Below are positions 39,863-53,310 of a stretch of DNA of 64,000 nucleotides, one piece after another. A program made the translations under genes and the position numbers. Position 1 is the first letter of the stretch. Every line of letters begins with the position of its first letter. Source of the DNA: Phoronis australis (taxonomy: Eukaryota; Animalia; Phoronida); assembly GCA_002633005.1 (NCBI GenBank), contig NMRA01000251.1, positions 473,649-537,648 on the forward strand. The letters run 5' to 3'. The notes beneath the pieces are model-generated. The model was not told the DNA's origin and did not search any database. It saw only the letters and a list, made by a program, of their open reading frames with translations.

Positions 39863-42672
39863 AATGTGCTTTATCATCAAACAAGTATTAAGTAATGACT
39901 CAGCCATGAAACCTTAGGTAGATTTCTCATCAGTGAAACTCTGGTCTATCAAAGCTCAATCACAACTCTTCTCACACTTTCAACTTCAACACTGTATAGC
40001 ATCACGTCACCTTTAGCATACAGGGTACTTTTCATATTGGCACTCTCTAGATTAATGAGAGCACAAATGTGACTTCCGATTGCTCTCAATTTGCTGGACA
40101 GAAATGCAATTATTACATAGTGGCTCATTAAGTTAAAAGCAGAGGAATAAATTCCACTGGAAGCCCCTCTCATTGTTTGATTAGTATATGTTCACTAATT
40201 TATTTTAACTTTTTGACACTGTTTAGGATCAAAATTCTCACACTTCATCAGTTGCAGTCACTGACTTTGTTGGGGGAAAGACAGTGAGAAATATGTGTAA
40301 CGATGTCTTTCTTCATCCCCTAATATTTGAAAGGTGCGCTGTTTTCGTAAGGCATTGCTACATCCCACCGCACAGCAGTGGACATTAGCTGGCATTACAA
40401 CAGCAGGAAAGGTGTTAAAACATTGTTTTTTCCAGTTGGTTGAAACCTGTCAGCATTATATGGGATCTGAAGGTGGCGTTGAATGCCTGCCCGCACCACA
40501 GACCTGATCGATGTTTGGCGAGTTAGTGAATTTCAATATGGCTTGGCTCTTTCGATAGTCAGCTATTACTCACGTAGGACAGGGGCCAATTTCTCCCTTG
40601 GCAAGAAAGGTGCACAACTCCGCAGTTTAATCCCTCTAATTTCATGAGTTGCAATAGATGTCAGGTGCAGAAATTACTGGTTCCCACTGACCAAGACTGC
40701 TCACTTGCAGCGTTGACAGGAGAGCGATATTAACTTCAAAACAGGAAGACAAGGAAAATCAAAAGTGAGAATGCAGGTCAAATTAACATTTCAGGTCAAT
40801 AAAAACATAAGAGATGTGTATACCCTGTGTAATGTTACGGGTGATTGCATTTCATGCGGGCTAAACTGAGAGGATGATGGCTGAATTATGAAGTGCTACG
40901 AATAGCTCAGAAAATAGCCCCTAAAGCCAATAGTGATTTCCTCAATGAGCGAATGGCTTTCGTGCAGCCAGGTATGGAAAAGTCAAACAAGGTCAATTTT
41001 AGACTTGTTAGTAGCCTGCAGAAATCATGAAACTTGGAATGTATCCAAGCTGTCGGGAGGGGGGCTCCACTGTTGCTTTACCTGGTGCATACCTCTAGAG
41101 TGAATACATGAAACCCAAGTAGCACTCGGCCAGCCCAGAATGTTTGAGTTGTCCCAAGTGTTATCCAGAACCTGTTTCTATATGCAGAATGCCACATTAT
41201 GGTCTGTCTGCTAAACAGCCACATCATAAAGATGTCAGTGACCTGTAAGGGGGTTTGCAACCAGGTTTTTTGCCTGTTACAGCGGATACATAACTATTCT
41301 TATCTCAATTGAACATCTTGGTTGTTGTAGATTTCTAGGAGTTTCAGATTAGGAAACCAAGAGTAAAAGAGGTTAGAATTCCAGAACATCACAAATAAAT
41401 TACCAGTATGTTAAAATCACTAGTAACTTGTGGTCTAGAAAAGTACTACTTAAATGTGCCTTGCTATGGATGAGAAAAGTCAGTGGACATTTCCCTCTCC
41501 AATGACCATGGCCATTTCTCTCTCCAACGACGATTGCCATACCAATTTTATACTGCCCAAAAACTTCCTTCTGATCACTCCAAATTTGCACTTTTACCGA
41601 ATGTTGTATTTTGGTATTGTTTTAGTAAATGTCATTTACAAAACAGGTTTTAAATAGTACAGCTTTCTCGCAGCAGGTCCACCCAAAATAATCTCTGTAA
41701 GAGTGACCGACCAAGGAGTCCAGAACCCCTGGATATCTATGCATGCCAGGGTATATTTGATACACAATCCCAGTCCATGAAAAGGAATAGGTGGACTAAT
41801 TCATATTTACTATGTGGCCCCATCATTGCAACCCATGATAAAAATTCCCTAGGTCAACAACAAGACAGAATTTCTTCAAAGAATACACAAAAAGCATTAA
41901 TTCATTTTTACACTCAATGGCTACAATACAATAAGAAATGAAAGTGTTGTGACAATGCGATACTTGGTGAAATTGACTCTAGAAGGAAGTATGACAATGA
42001 AGGCAGCAATGTCTCTACTCATCCACACATAGCCTACCCTAGAACAACTTGCACTAGTGCAACTTAACCCACTTTTAAGTGGAACGTACACACAGACGCA
42101 CGCACGCACACACACACATCCGATAACTAGGATAAGGCCGAAGTTGTCACTCTGTGCGCAACAATGAACACCTAATGTGAATACCTCACGCAAAAAAACC
42201 TTTTGTATGTAGGTAACCCTAGCTGATAATTACTTCAGTTTGTCCAGGGTTTGTGGCCACACAGGAATTAGAAGTGGCGCAAGTTACCCTAGAACAAGTG
42301 GAGTAAGTTGTCACATGAGAGGCAAGATGCACTAGTTTAAATAGCGTCCACACAGCCTCCAAACCAGGTGACAACTCATTCCAGGAGTAACTTGATCTAG
42401 GGTGAGTCTGTGTGTGGGTGGCACTTAAGATGATATTTGCCACAACCCAATGTCAATGCAACATACTGCCTAAAAAACCACAACATCGCTACTCTCGAGT
42501 TCCTAAAAGCCGTATCTATACGATTATTTATTTTAGACTCGTTTTCCGGTCTATACGAGGCTTATTCGGGCCTCTACGTTTGTTAACTTTCTAAGCTCCA
42601 CGATTATTTGGTTCAGCAATTTCACAATTTTTGTTTCATTGAATACAAATTTGTTATTCAAAAACTCTGCTG

Positions 42673-42740
42673 ATGACACCGGGTATAGAACCTTGACTTT
42701 CAGATGAAGAGAATTCATGCTTAACCTCTAGACCACGAAA
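42673..42740 (-). mobile_element. Degenerate tRNA-like SINE head
   Basis: Minus strand gtggtctagaggttaag (A-box-like) and ggttctatacc (B-box-like) at tRNA spacing. Confidence 0.45.
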
Positions 42741-44249
42741 CACTCAATTAAGAATTCGTAATTTAGAAGGGCTGTATACGACTCTGTGTCACACACGGAA
42801 GTCACGTGTCATACACATTAAAAGATTTTATTCGCTAAAATTTACAACTGTACGTTTAAGCCTTAAAATAATCGGACTCCCAAGCAAGGTTTACGCAGCA
42901 GACGTCTGTTGGATGGCCAGAATGTTATTTTGGACGGGTTTGACAGGACGGTCAGAATTACGAAAGAGGGGGCAAAATTTTAAAAAAGCTTGAAATGACG
43001 ACCACTTTCTCAATATTAACGGCTGGTCAGCCATCGCTCAAAGAAACAAACTATCAGTCATTTCAGATAGAAAAAAAATTACTGCACAAAAAGTGCTTTC
43101 TTAGCGCATTTTTCAATATTCCACGCGCCCCGTGACACAGAACGCTGTTACCGGCAACTCAACATACATATGAATAAAAATGCTTTCGACGAGTTTCTTT
43201 GGCCATTACAACGCTTGCGTTTCCGGGGGGAGTAATTCAGGGATTTTGCACAGCTAGTGTCATCTGTGGTGTCCGTCATGCGCATTCTACATACTTAGTC
43301 ATGTTGTCTGCCGTGCAAAGGCGTAAAGGACTCGAGAATTATTTTACAAACCGAGAGATGTTCCAGATGTCAGACATTAATTCAGATGCTGGTATGACAA
43401 ATAATCTAGCTACAGATACGGATCGTGGTGATAACACGGCCGGGAAATGAAGCACAAATATCCATGCAATAAATGGTGAACCTTTCAATCAAAGTACCGA
43501 CAAATTGCCCACAACATCGGACATCAGCATTTTTACACTTCGCTCCAAACTTGAGAATAGACTGTTTTTATGAACAGGAACAATGGATTTGTGACAATCT
43601 TGAAAATGGCATAGTTGCTAGCATATGACAATCCAGGCGATATCTTTATTGAAATTGTTTCTACTAGCTTTCCCGTCTCGTATGTTGATTAATTCTGCAA
43701 GAAATCTCAATTTCTGGTCATATAAAACTTTGGATGTACCAACTTTTTGACATCAAATTCTGACTGACATTACGAGGGTGTTGACTATGAACGTTGTGGA
43801 AGACATGAGATTGAGAGAAACAAAGGCTCGACTGTCAGGAACATGTAAGATAAAAATGCGACTCATTTTACCAAGGCAATTTATTGTCTTTATTCAGACT
43901 GTCGGCTTTGAGGTAGACAGGATGTTGCTGCTGAAATCTTTACTTCCGTGTTGTAGTTTTTGGACTTAGTTGACATTGGCATCGCTAGTATGAATGTCTC
44001 ATTCTTTTTTGAGTAAAATGATTCCACATACTGTTTGAAACACACCTGTATAGACTTCCATTTAAAGTTATTGAATAAACAAATGGTCTTTGTTTTATCA
44101 ATGACACTTTTATTCCACTTCACTGTACTATGTTATTACATGGGTGGATACACTACTGCAATAATTTAACTTTGGTAATGTTCAGTTTAAAGGTTTTTCT
44201 TTGAAACAGTTACTTAAAATGGTGGTAAGTCAGACGGAATTTGCTTCTT

Positions 44250-44670
44250 TGCACTATTATTTCCACCTACCATTACTAGATTTTACACAAATTTGTAATC
44301 AATGATATTATTCCTGTCTATACTATTTTTAATTTTCCACAAATTTGCTATCTGTACCATTATTCCCTAGAACTTGCTGTTTTACACTATTACTCCATTT
44401 TCTATCATTATTAGATTTTACTCAAATTCGTAATCAATATTGTAATTCTAGTCTATCCTATCTTTAAATTTCCACAAATTTGCCGTCTATACTATTACTC
44501 CATTCTACACTATTATTAAATTTTCCGCAACTTTCCGGTCTATACTATTTTTCTACTTTTCTAGTGGCAAAAATGCTGTGTCTATACTATTATTAGTCTC
44601 TACTATTATCAGAACTCATGAAAATATCCGGTCTACACTATTATTGCTGTCTCTACAACTATTCGGAACT
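44250..44670. repeat. Degenerate tandem array of tcta(t/c)actattatt motifs, probably subterminal repeats of a DNA transposon
   Basis: More than ten recurrences of actattat-like motifs at short, irregular spacing. Similar motifs occur near 42510-42610. Confidence 0.6.
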
Positions 44671-47168
44671 GGAGATTACTGACACTACTAACAATGTTGT
44701 CAGAAAAAGCAAACAATACTTCTGGTGATATGCAAATAATGCCTGTGAATAGGTAAATACTGACAGGGTTGGTGACATGAAACCACCAACAACAACTGAC
44801 ACCAACAAGATCAAGGACAATGATGTCACTAACACCAACAACTACGCTGACAATGGCATCATCCCCATGGTCATCAAACACTGATGATCAAACATTGATG
44901 AAATTCTTTATTAAGAAACAAAAGCTTCTACAATGGGGTCACCAGCAAGAAAGTGAAGAATGATTAGAAAAGATTCATCAAAGGATGGCGTAGCTTTGGT
45001 TTCTGTAAACAAAGATTTGAACAATGTCTGTCACAGCATTGCCTAGGGTGCGATTTAAATAAACTACAACGAATCTCGAGGTAATGAGAAGTCACGTATT
45101 TTGTGCAAATTTCAAGTCAATCGAGATAATAATTTGGTATGTTATACAAACAATAAGGAAAGATCTAGAGTCTACTGACCCTGAGACAACTACTGCAAGC
45201 CAGCCATTGTACCAGCATCAGACCTTAAATTATGAGTAAACCTAGAATATCTTGAGAACAGTAAGCAGTAGTAAGTACGGTAAAGTCGCGTGATTTTCGG
45301 ACGGCCCGCCATTTTCGACCAAGAATAAATATTTACGAAATGAGTTTTTCATAGTCCACGAAATTCGTACAAGGTCCAAAAACTGTTTTTCAAAGATCCT
45401 CGAATTTCGGACATTGTCATAAACATCAGAATTTTGTCCCGCGACTTTCGGACAAGGAAAATTTTAGATACGGTAATTTGGGATCGACGCAACTCCCGTG
45501 TCACTAAAGCGTTCAACAGATGATTACTACTGTATAAGGCTCGAGTCCGAGAATCGGTATAACGGGTTTGTAATTTTTACCTTGTCTTGACGATGTCACG
45601 ACCGTTACTCGATTGTCTTGCGTTTAGCTAGTGTTTGGCGCTTTAGCTATGAAAAGAATCACCGAGTTCCGCCTAACGAAAATTTCTGATGAAAATACAA
45701 ATAAGAAATACACCGAAGGCTGCAACTTTTCGTTGTAGCGTAACATGTGCTCTGGTTTAAATAGGCCGTGCTGTTCGACTCCCGACTGTGACATTGAACA
45801 TGCACGTCTGACATCAACTTGGGTGTTTACGAAACATTTTTATTTTAAAACGTCCTGGCCTTTGCAAATGCCCACCTATCGCCGGACAATAAGTTTTGCT
45901 GCCACTTACCTGCTTCCCGGCGAATGATTGAAATCTTCGTGCAGTCGTTCTGGGCTTGCTTAATAATTTTGAATGGGACAGTTAGCAAGGAATGAGCCAC
46001 CACTGACTAACATTCAGACGTGCTTCTGACAACGCAATTTTTGGGTTGAAACGAAAATTTTTCATTAAAAATCTGTTTGCAGTTCAAACGTCTTCTTGGT
46101 AGTGCTCATTCATGTAATGTGTTAAGCGGTGTAAGGTCCAGCACTCAGAACGGCGCGCTGGCGCAGTGCCGCACACGCATTTGCTACAGGGGCACTGCAT
46201 CCCTGCCTTAGTGTTGTGTAAGTGCCTGTACTATAACACATATCAAAAACTAATATACACCCACGTAACCACGCTTCACTACCCTTACAAATTCTCTATC
46301 TCTGATAATCATCACAGATGCAAGAATCTCGCTAAAGAAGCTAGTGTGATCGTGTGCTTCGCTTGCAATACTTGACCATACGTCTCGAAGTCTTCAGACT
46401 AGCGTGCTCGTGAGATTCTCACCCTTGCGGCCCTGGACGAAGACTAGGGTAGAGTTCAGTAGCTGTCTTGGGAATAGAAAAATCTAGCCAAAATCACGTT
46501 TTCAACTGAAAATACACAATATGTCACGTAATNCTCTACAACTATTCGGAACTGGAGATTACTGACACTACTAACAATGTTGTCAGAAAAAGCAAACAAT
46601 ACTTCTGGTGATATGCAAATAATGCCTGTGAATAGGTAAATACTGACACGGTTGGTGACATGAAACCACCAACAACAACTGACACCAACAAGATCAAGGA
46701 CAATGATGTCACTAACACCAACGACTACGCTGACAATGGCATCATCCCCATGGTCATCAAACACTGATGATCAAACATTGATGAAATTCTTTATTAAGAA
46801 ACAAAAGCTTCTACAATGGGGTCATCAGCAAGAAAGTGAGGAATGATTAGAAAAAATTCATCAAAGGATGGCCTAGCTTTGGTTTCTGTAAACAAAGATT
46901 TGAACAATGTCTGTCACAGCATTGCCTAGGGTGTGATTTAAATAAACTACAACGAATCTCGAGGTAATGAGAAGTCACGTATTTTGTGCAAATTTCAAGT
47001 CAATCGAGATAATAATTTGGTATGTCATGCAAACAATAAGGAAAGATCTAGAATCTATGTGTCTACTGACCCTGAGACAACTACTGCAAGCCAGCCATTG
47101 TACCAGCATCAGACCTTAAATTATGAGTAAACCTAGAATATCTTAAGAACAGTAAGTAGTAGTAAGTA
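44651..47168. repeat. About 630 bp near-identical duplication (44651-45277 and 46534-47168), second copy starting right after n 46533
   Basis: Direct comparison, plus the paired ORF MFDDHGDD in the ORF track. Confidence 0.93.
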
Positions 47169-49403
47169 AGAAGTACATCCCACGCTTCTTATACTTCTTG
47201 ATAAGATCTATTCAACAAAGTTGCAGAAAAATCCATCAAAGGAAGCCAAAGCTACGGCAAATAATAAAACAGCAGACACCCGAAACTCCCGAATAACTCA
47301 AAAATGGTAGGACATGGGACAAGCAGATGACAAACTCCAGATGGACCATGACTAGAATTATCTACATACCAAATTTCATGAGAATCTCTCGAAGGACTAT
47401 GGAGCAAAAATTCGAAAAAGGGTTGTCACAATGCTACCTTACGACCAAAAACAAGAGGCCTCAAGCTGAGCAAACGAAAAAACAAAAATTTCATAACAGA
47501 ACATAATTTTTGCCAAATTTCATTTCTTCAATAATAATTCTGCTTAACCACTCTTATTGGATAGTCGAATTGCAAATTATACTTGAATGTTTCTAAGCCA
47601 GGACTGCGAATGGACCAATATCAAAATCTGGCAAACATATTGACAACTAACTAGACCATAAGGCTGGCATAATATGCGCTTCATCACATATCAAGGACCA
47701 CCCAGCCCTATGAATAAAACTAATTAGTCAAGCTTAATTACCAATAGCTTGTACTATTACAAATTTACACAGGAGCATGTTGGAAATATGCCTAGGAAAT
47801 AGTCTAGGAAATAGTCGTTATGAGTTGAACAGGTGTTTTTTAAATGAACATTACACAGTGCTAACAAAACAAATATATGGTGGGAAGATTGTTGTGTTAC
47901 AACCAGGTTAAAGACGGGTGAATTTTGGTAGATAGGAAACCACCAATCAGGTGAAAAGACAATTACACATGATTTGTGGAAAGAACTAATCAAGAAAAAT
48001 GCCAAGGCCACGTTCGTTAGATGTGACAACCTCTCGAAAAAGCAAGATCATGAAAAATCACGCGAGTAAAAGCTGAGTGTTTCGCAAGTATGTACACGGG
48101 ATTACAATGAGAAAGAATTGCTGCTTTAAGCTGAAACAATAACCAATTTTATTAGCTACCTATTGAGATCGGCTAAACACATAGCTTACCTCTCCCCACA
48201 TACTGTGACAATTTATGCTTGTGACATGAATGAAATCCACCGCCACCCGACACATGGCAAAATCCCCATGGTTTATTTTGCCACAGATGTCCGCTTTGAG
48301 CTGAACTCGCTTGCATTCGAGGCGAACAGCTTTCTGTCTGCAATGGCCCTAGCACTTCTAAGAAACATTCATTTTGCTTAGCAAAATAGTCACACCCCAG
48401 TTTATCAACCTTACCCAAAAAGGAAACAGAAATGAAAACATTCTAAGGAGGGTGATACTTGGCAAAATGGAATGATGAGCTTAGACATGAGGTTGATGAT
48501 GACAAAAATACAAACGTCAGGATGAAGCTCCACACCTATATATTCAATGACGAAGATACCATGATAATATTGGCACTGACAACAATTGCTTGGCCTCCAC
48601 TCCTGGTAAGCAACACGTTTGTGCATTCCCAAAAAAGTCAAACACATGTAGCAATACGCACTCTCGGTGTCATCCAAGCGCAGTGCTGACTGTTCCAAGG
48701 AAATGTTTGAGTTCCAAAATGCTCAATGTTTACTGCCTTCTCACAGCAAAATCTAACTATAGAGCTGCAAGTTTTTACTTGTTGAGTTGTGTTATACAAA
48801 GCTGGTCATCAAATAATTTTTCTACAAAAAAGCATCTCTTTATACCGACATATGGAAATACAGAGAAATCCATTGGTTATTGCAAAAGGTATAAGCATCT
48901 CGCATCATGCACTCATACACACATATGGAAACAAGGATGATGTAGAAAAGAGAACCTATTCAAGCTAGCACTTGAATAGACACTGACAATCACTCCAACA
49001 TTGGCCGCAACACTGTCAGAGACAACGCTGCCACTGCCAGTGACATAGTCTTCACTGAAGAGGACATTGATGATGACGACACTGCAGAGCAGACAATAGC
49101 AATGCCCACAAAGCACTTCGCCTTGCCAACTGAGCTTTATTCGCTGAGCTAACTTTCTACACCAAACCCAGAGATAAGCTGTGTTGGAGGAAATTTCCAT
49201 CTAGGACTGCTTCCAGCACTGACACTGTTAAAAGATTAGACAATTTTTGGCACCTTGCACACATGTGTTTTAAATAAACAGTAATACATCAGAAAAACTC
49301 ACTTTGTTAACTTTCCAAGGTTAGAGAATTGCACGATTAAGCAGCCCAGCATGTGCATTGTCACAGTGGTGAGCTCTTCTAGCAAGAGGCATAGACCTTG
49401 CTA

Positions 49404-50415
49404 AAACAGAAAATCAGCAGACAATGCACGTGCTAGGTTAACAGAAAGATCATCATTGGCTGCGTGCCCTAGAGACCCAACTGTGGGAAGTGAACTGGTT
49501 TTTGTACAGGCTTTCATGCATGATAAGACTACAATATGACTATGATATGACTATTATATGACTACGATATGACTACGATATGACTACGATATGACTATGA
49601 TATGACTACGATATTGCATACTATTGAATGGAATGGNCATCTTTAGTCAGCAGGAGCTAGGACATCTAGAAAACCTCGGAAGATTGACCTATATATACCT
49701 ACCCGACAGCAAGCGAAAAAAAACTCACGTTCATTGTACTTGCACGCACTTACAACGTACGAGTGAGTAAGGAAAGCGTGCGTCAGCTGCATGTGTACGT
49801 ACGGCCTCCGTACGACAACGTGGCAATCGCACGGAGATTGTACGTGGTAAGCACGATACACGCACGCACAACTCACTTACCACGTGCGCAACGTATGCTG
49901 AAAGCTGCCGCCCACGGCCAGGCGTGCCGTACGTGTCACGCACTTACACCTTACGGGTGACGTGCGTTGACGTACGTCCTCCCTGCGCTTGCCACTCCCT
50001 ACTCACGTTTTCAGAAAAACGTGGTGCCCGTGGCGTCCGCAGAAAACGTACGAACAATAAACACGCACGGCGGGTTGTGACCATAGCTTTAAACAGAAAA
50101 TCAGCAGACAATGCACGTGCTAGGTTAACAGAAAGATCATCATTGGCTGCGTGCCCTAGAGACCCAACTGTGGGAAGTGAACTGGTTTTTGTACAGGCTT
50201 TCATGCATGATAAGACTACAATATGACTATGATATGACTATTATATGACTACGATTTGACTACGATATGATTACGATATGACTACGATATGACTACGATT
50301 TGACTACGATATGACTACGATATGACTACGACAGATATGACTACGATATGACTATGATATGACTACGATATGACTATGATATGACTACGATATTACATAC
50401 TATTGAATGGAATGG
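49404..50415. repeat. Duplication (49404-49636 and 50091-50415) containing an 11-bp minisatellite (gactacgatat)n; n at 49637
   Basis: Matching flanks. The array is about twice as long in the second copy. Confidence 0.93.
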
Positions 50416-52248
50416 ATGGTTATCAAAAGATTTAAGGGGGAATACAGCATAGTGTAATGCACATAATGGCTTGTATTTCATAACCCCCCAGGATGCCCAT
50501 TGAAAATTTTTTGTTAGTCATCTTTGAAGGATGCCACTTTAAACCATCATAGCAAGTGAGCTTTAACAGTATAGTTAAACAGAAGGAACTAAGAACTATC
50601 AACTGATAAAAAACTTTGCTGCGGGTTACAAAGTTATTGAAACAAGTGGGTTTAAAAATTATTGGGTACATTAATCAGCGCAAACTTCATTACGTAAAAA
50701 ATCTTTAACTAGATGACCTTTTGCCAAAAAGTTAGTTCTATAAACCTTATGGTGTGTTACAATTCCATCTATTTTGAAGAGAATTTGTGAGATGATGAAT
50801 TGTTTTGAAAATCTGACACGTGTATCAGATTCAAACAAAGGTTGCCTACCAGCGATATCATTAGGTAGATACTGCACTATTACTTATGGGGTTTTTTACA
50901 TCGTCGCAGGTTGATCCTCCAAATTACAATAGTTTGTGCATCGAAGGACTTTGCAAACTCTTGAAATATCAGGATTGTGACAGTCGGTAGTCTAACAACA
51001 CCTCATGCTGACAATAGGTAACCGGATTGGTGATTACCATAGAAATACACAGCCTACGCACACCATCTACGAGTCTGTCACATATTCTCAAGTAGTCACG
51101 CAGCATTCATTTGTTACATGAAGGTTGGGAGAGACAAGAGACTCTGAATCCCAATCCTGTCACAACGGGGGAGGGGGGAGGAGGGGTCCCTTGTTTTGGA
51201 GACCTCATTTCTCGCTGACAACCTAGGAATTTTGGTACCATATGGCCAGATAGCATTTGGCTAGCTGATGTGCTAAGGGGAAGCCCTGGAATGTATATCA
51301 TTGTGTAGGCAAAACAAATCTTACAGGTAAAGATTAATGGGGGTAAGAACCTGACACTTATGGAGCAACCATTGCAAGCTCCTTGTAGCTGTCAAAACTA
51401 ATACACAGACATGCACAACTGAGTTGTCACAAGGTGATTATTTTGTGTATATTTTGAAACCTGTGACCAGGATATTGATCTGAGACAGGGTGTTTGTGAT
51501 TGTACCTGTGAACCACAATTCCATAAATATAGAAGCCTGTTGCATGATATGTTACAAAAGTCTGTTAGGTCAAACTGCCGATAAGCTCAGCCCATCAGAA
51601 GTCAGTAATAACCAGGCACATTTTTTTCGACAGAAATTGTTAACAGCTACACAAATTGTGAACACACAAGACATAAGTTTCTTCAGTAACAAGTGTTTCA
51701 ATTTACTGCAGTAAAATGGTAGGTTTAATGAAGCATATATGCGTAATTAAGAGAAATACCACTGCTGCCTGATCACATTTATTTCACTTCGTATTTTTGA
51801 CACATGTTGCGGGGTTTTGCTCATTTCTTTGCAACGTGTCGACAGATTTCTAAACTTTTACATTAAACAGTCATCCATAAGAGCAATCCCAGCATTTTTT
51901 ATTTAATTTACTTTTTTAAGTTATTTATCGACAATTAATATAAAGAGAAATTCTACCAATTCTGTTTTACTAAAACTGCTAGAAACAAAAGTAAAGCTGA
52001 ACATTTTTATAAACTTCTTTATCTTGCAATGTACAACAGTTTTGAATATATTATAATTCATGACCACAAAAAAAATTGAAATAGATGTGTTCCAGAGCAA
52101 AATAGTGATTTTTTGATGTTCTACGTGGTTGTGAAGTTTCGAGTATCACTATTAAAATGCTTAAAGAAGCATATGTAAAACTCTCCATGTTTGAAAGTAA
52201 AGAGAACTATACAAAACACAAAACCTATCATAAAACCTTAATTCTTAA

Positions 52249-52617
52249 GTGCAACTTGCAGACTAATTCCTTATCTCTGCGATTGCTTGGCCAAATTAGT
52301 AAGAAACACAACATATAGCGAAGTAGGTTGAAAATTGCCAAATGTTTTTAAGAACGAGTTCTATGTCGAAAATTATCCGCCGTAAATCACTCAACTGTGT
52401 CCAGTAAGTATCGTGACGTAGTGCTGGAGAATACCACTGCATGATGCGGGTTGTGTGAACCCGCGAGGTAGGTCGTTAGTGCAAAGGTCACCTATTTGCA
52501 GAATTTTTCGCTTTCACATTTACAACTGCACTTTGTTTAGCGTAGATGAGGTTCAAATAGCATTGTCGTTCAGTTCCTGTTATACATTAGCATAGTTAGG
52601 AGCATGCCAATACATCT
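52249..52617 (+). mobile_element. TTAA-flanked MITE family A copy
   Basis: Shared core gattgcttggccaaattag...gaagtaggttgaaaattgccaaatgtttttaagaa. Ends tacatctttaa. Confidence 0.75.
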
Positions 52618-52923
52618 TTAACTCCAATATTACACACACTTATTTTTCAGCACCAAATCATCACACAAGACCAACTTGATTCATACGGCTACAATTAACC
52701 TCAAGACATTAACCTCAACTCATGTGAACACCATGCAACTGTAATTTCCCAGGTGATTTTTCAGCGTTGAAGTTTTGAGAAATCCATATCAAAACACAGC
52801 CACATACTGCTACATGGTTTTTAGTTTCAGCAGTTTTTCTGAGAACTCAACAGATCAAACAAACACCACTGTAGATGTATCATTACTCCAGTATGTTTTC
52901 AATTTCTAACACAGGGGCATTAA

Positions 52924-53028
52924 AGAAACACTATTGACTAATAACAAGGACCAAGCAGTTCTATTTGAGACACAGAAACACTATTGACTAATAACAAGGA
53001 CCAAGCAGTTCTATTTGAGACACAGAAA
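52924..53028. repeat. 50 bp perfect tandem duplication
   Basis: agaaacactattgactaataacaaggaccaagcagttctatttgagacac occurs twice. Confidence 0.9.
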
Positions 53029-53310
53029 ATACACATCTTGAACATAGTGGCAAAATGACTTTTTAAATTAGCTATAAACTCGCTTTCCCTAACAAAAAAC
53101 ACTTTTTATCCGTGCCACCTACTGTTACGAAATTGGTCTGAAATTGAGGCTTTGTCAAGTGAGAGGTGATTTCAGCCTTTGACAAAACAGGAAGTGCGTG
53201 ATTATGGAAGAGCAAGCTCTACACACTAGATTGTGGCAGCGTGTGATTTTGTGCCACAGCCATGGTCCCAAAGAAATAACGAATTGTCACTACTTAGCAA
53301 GAGAACACTT

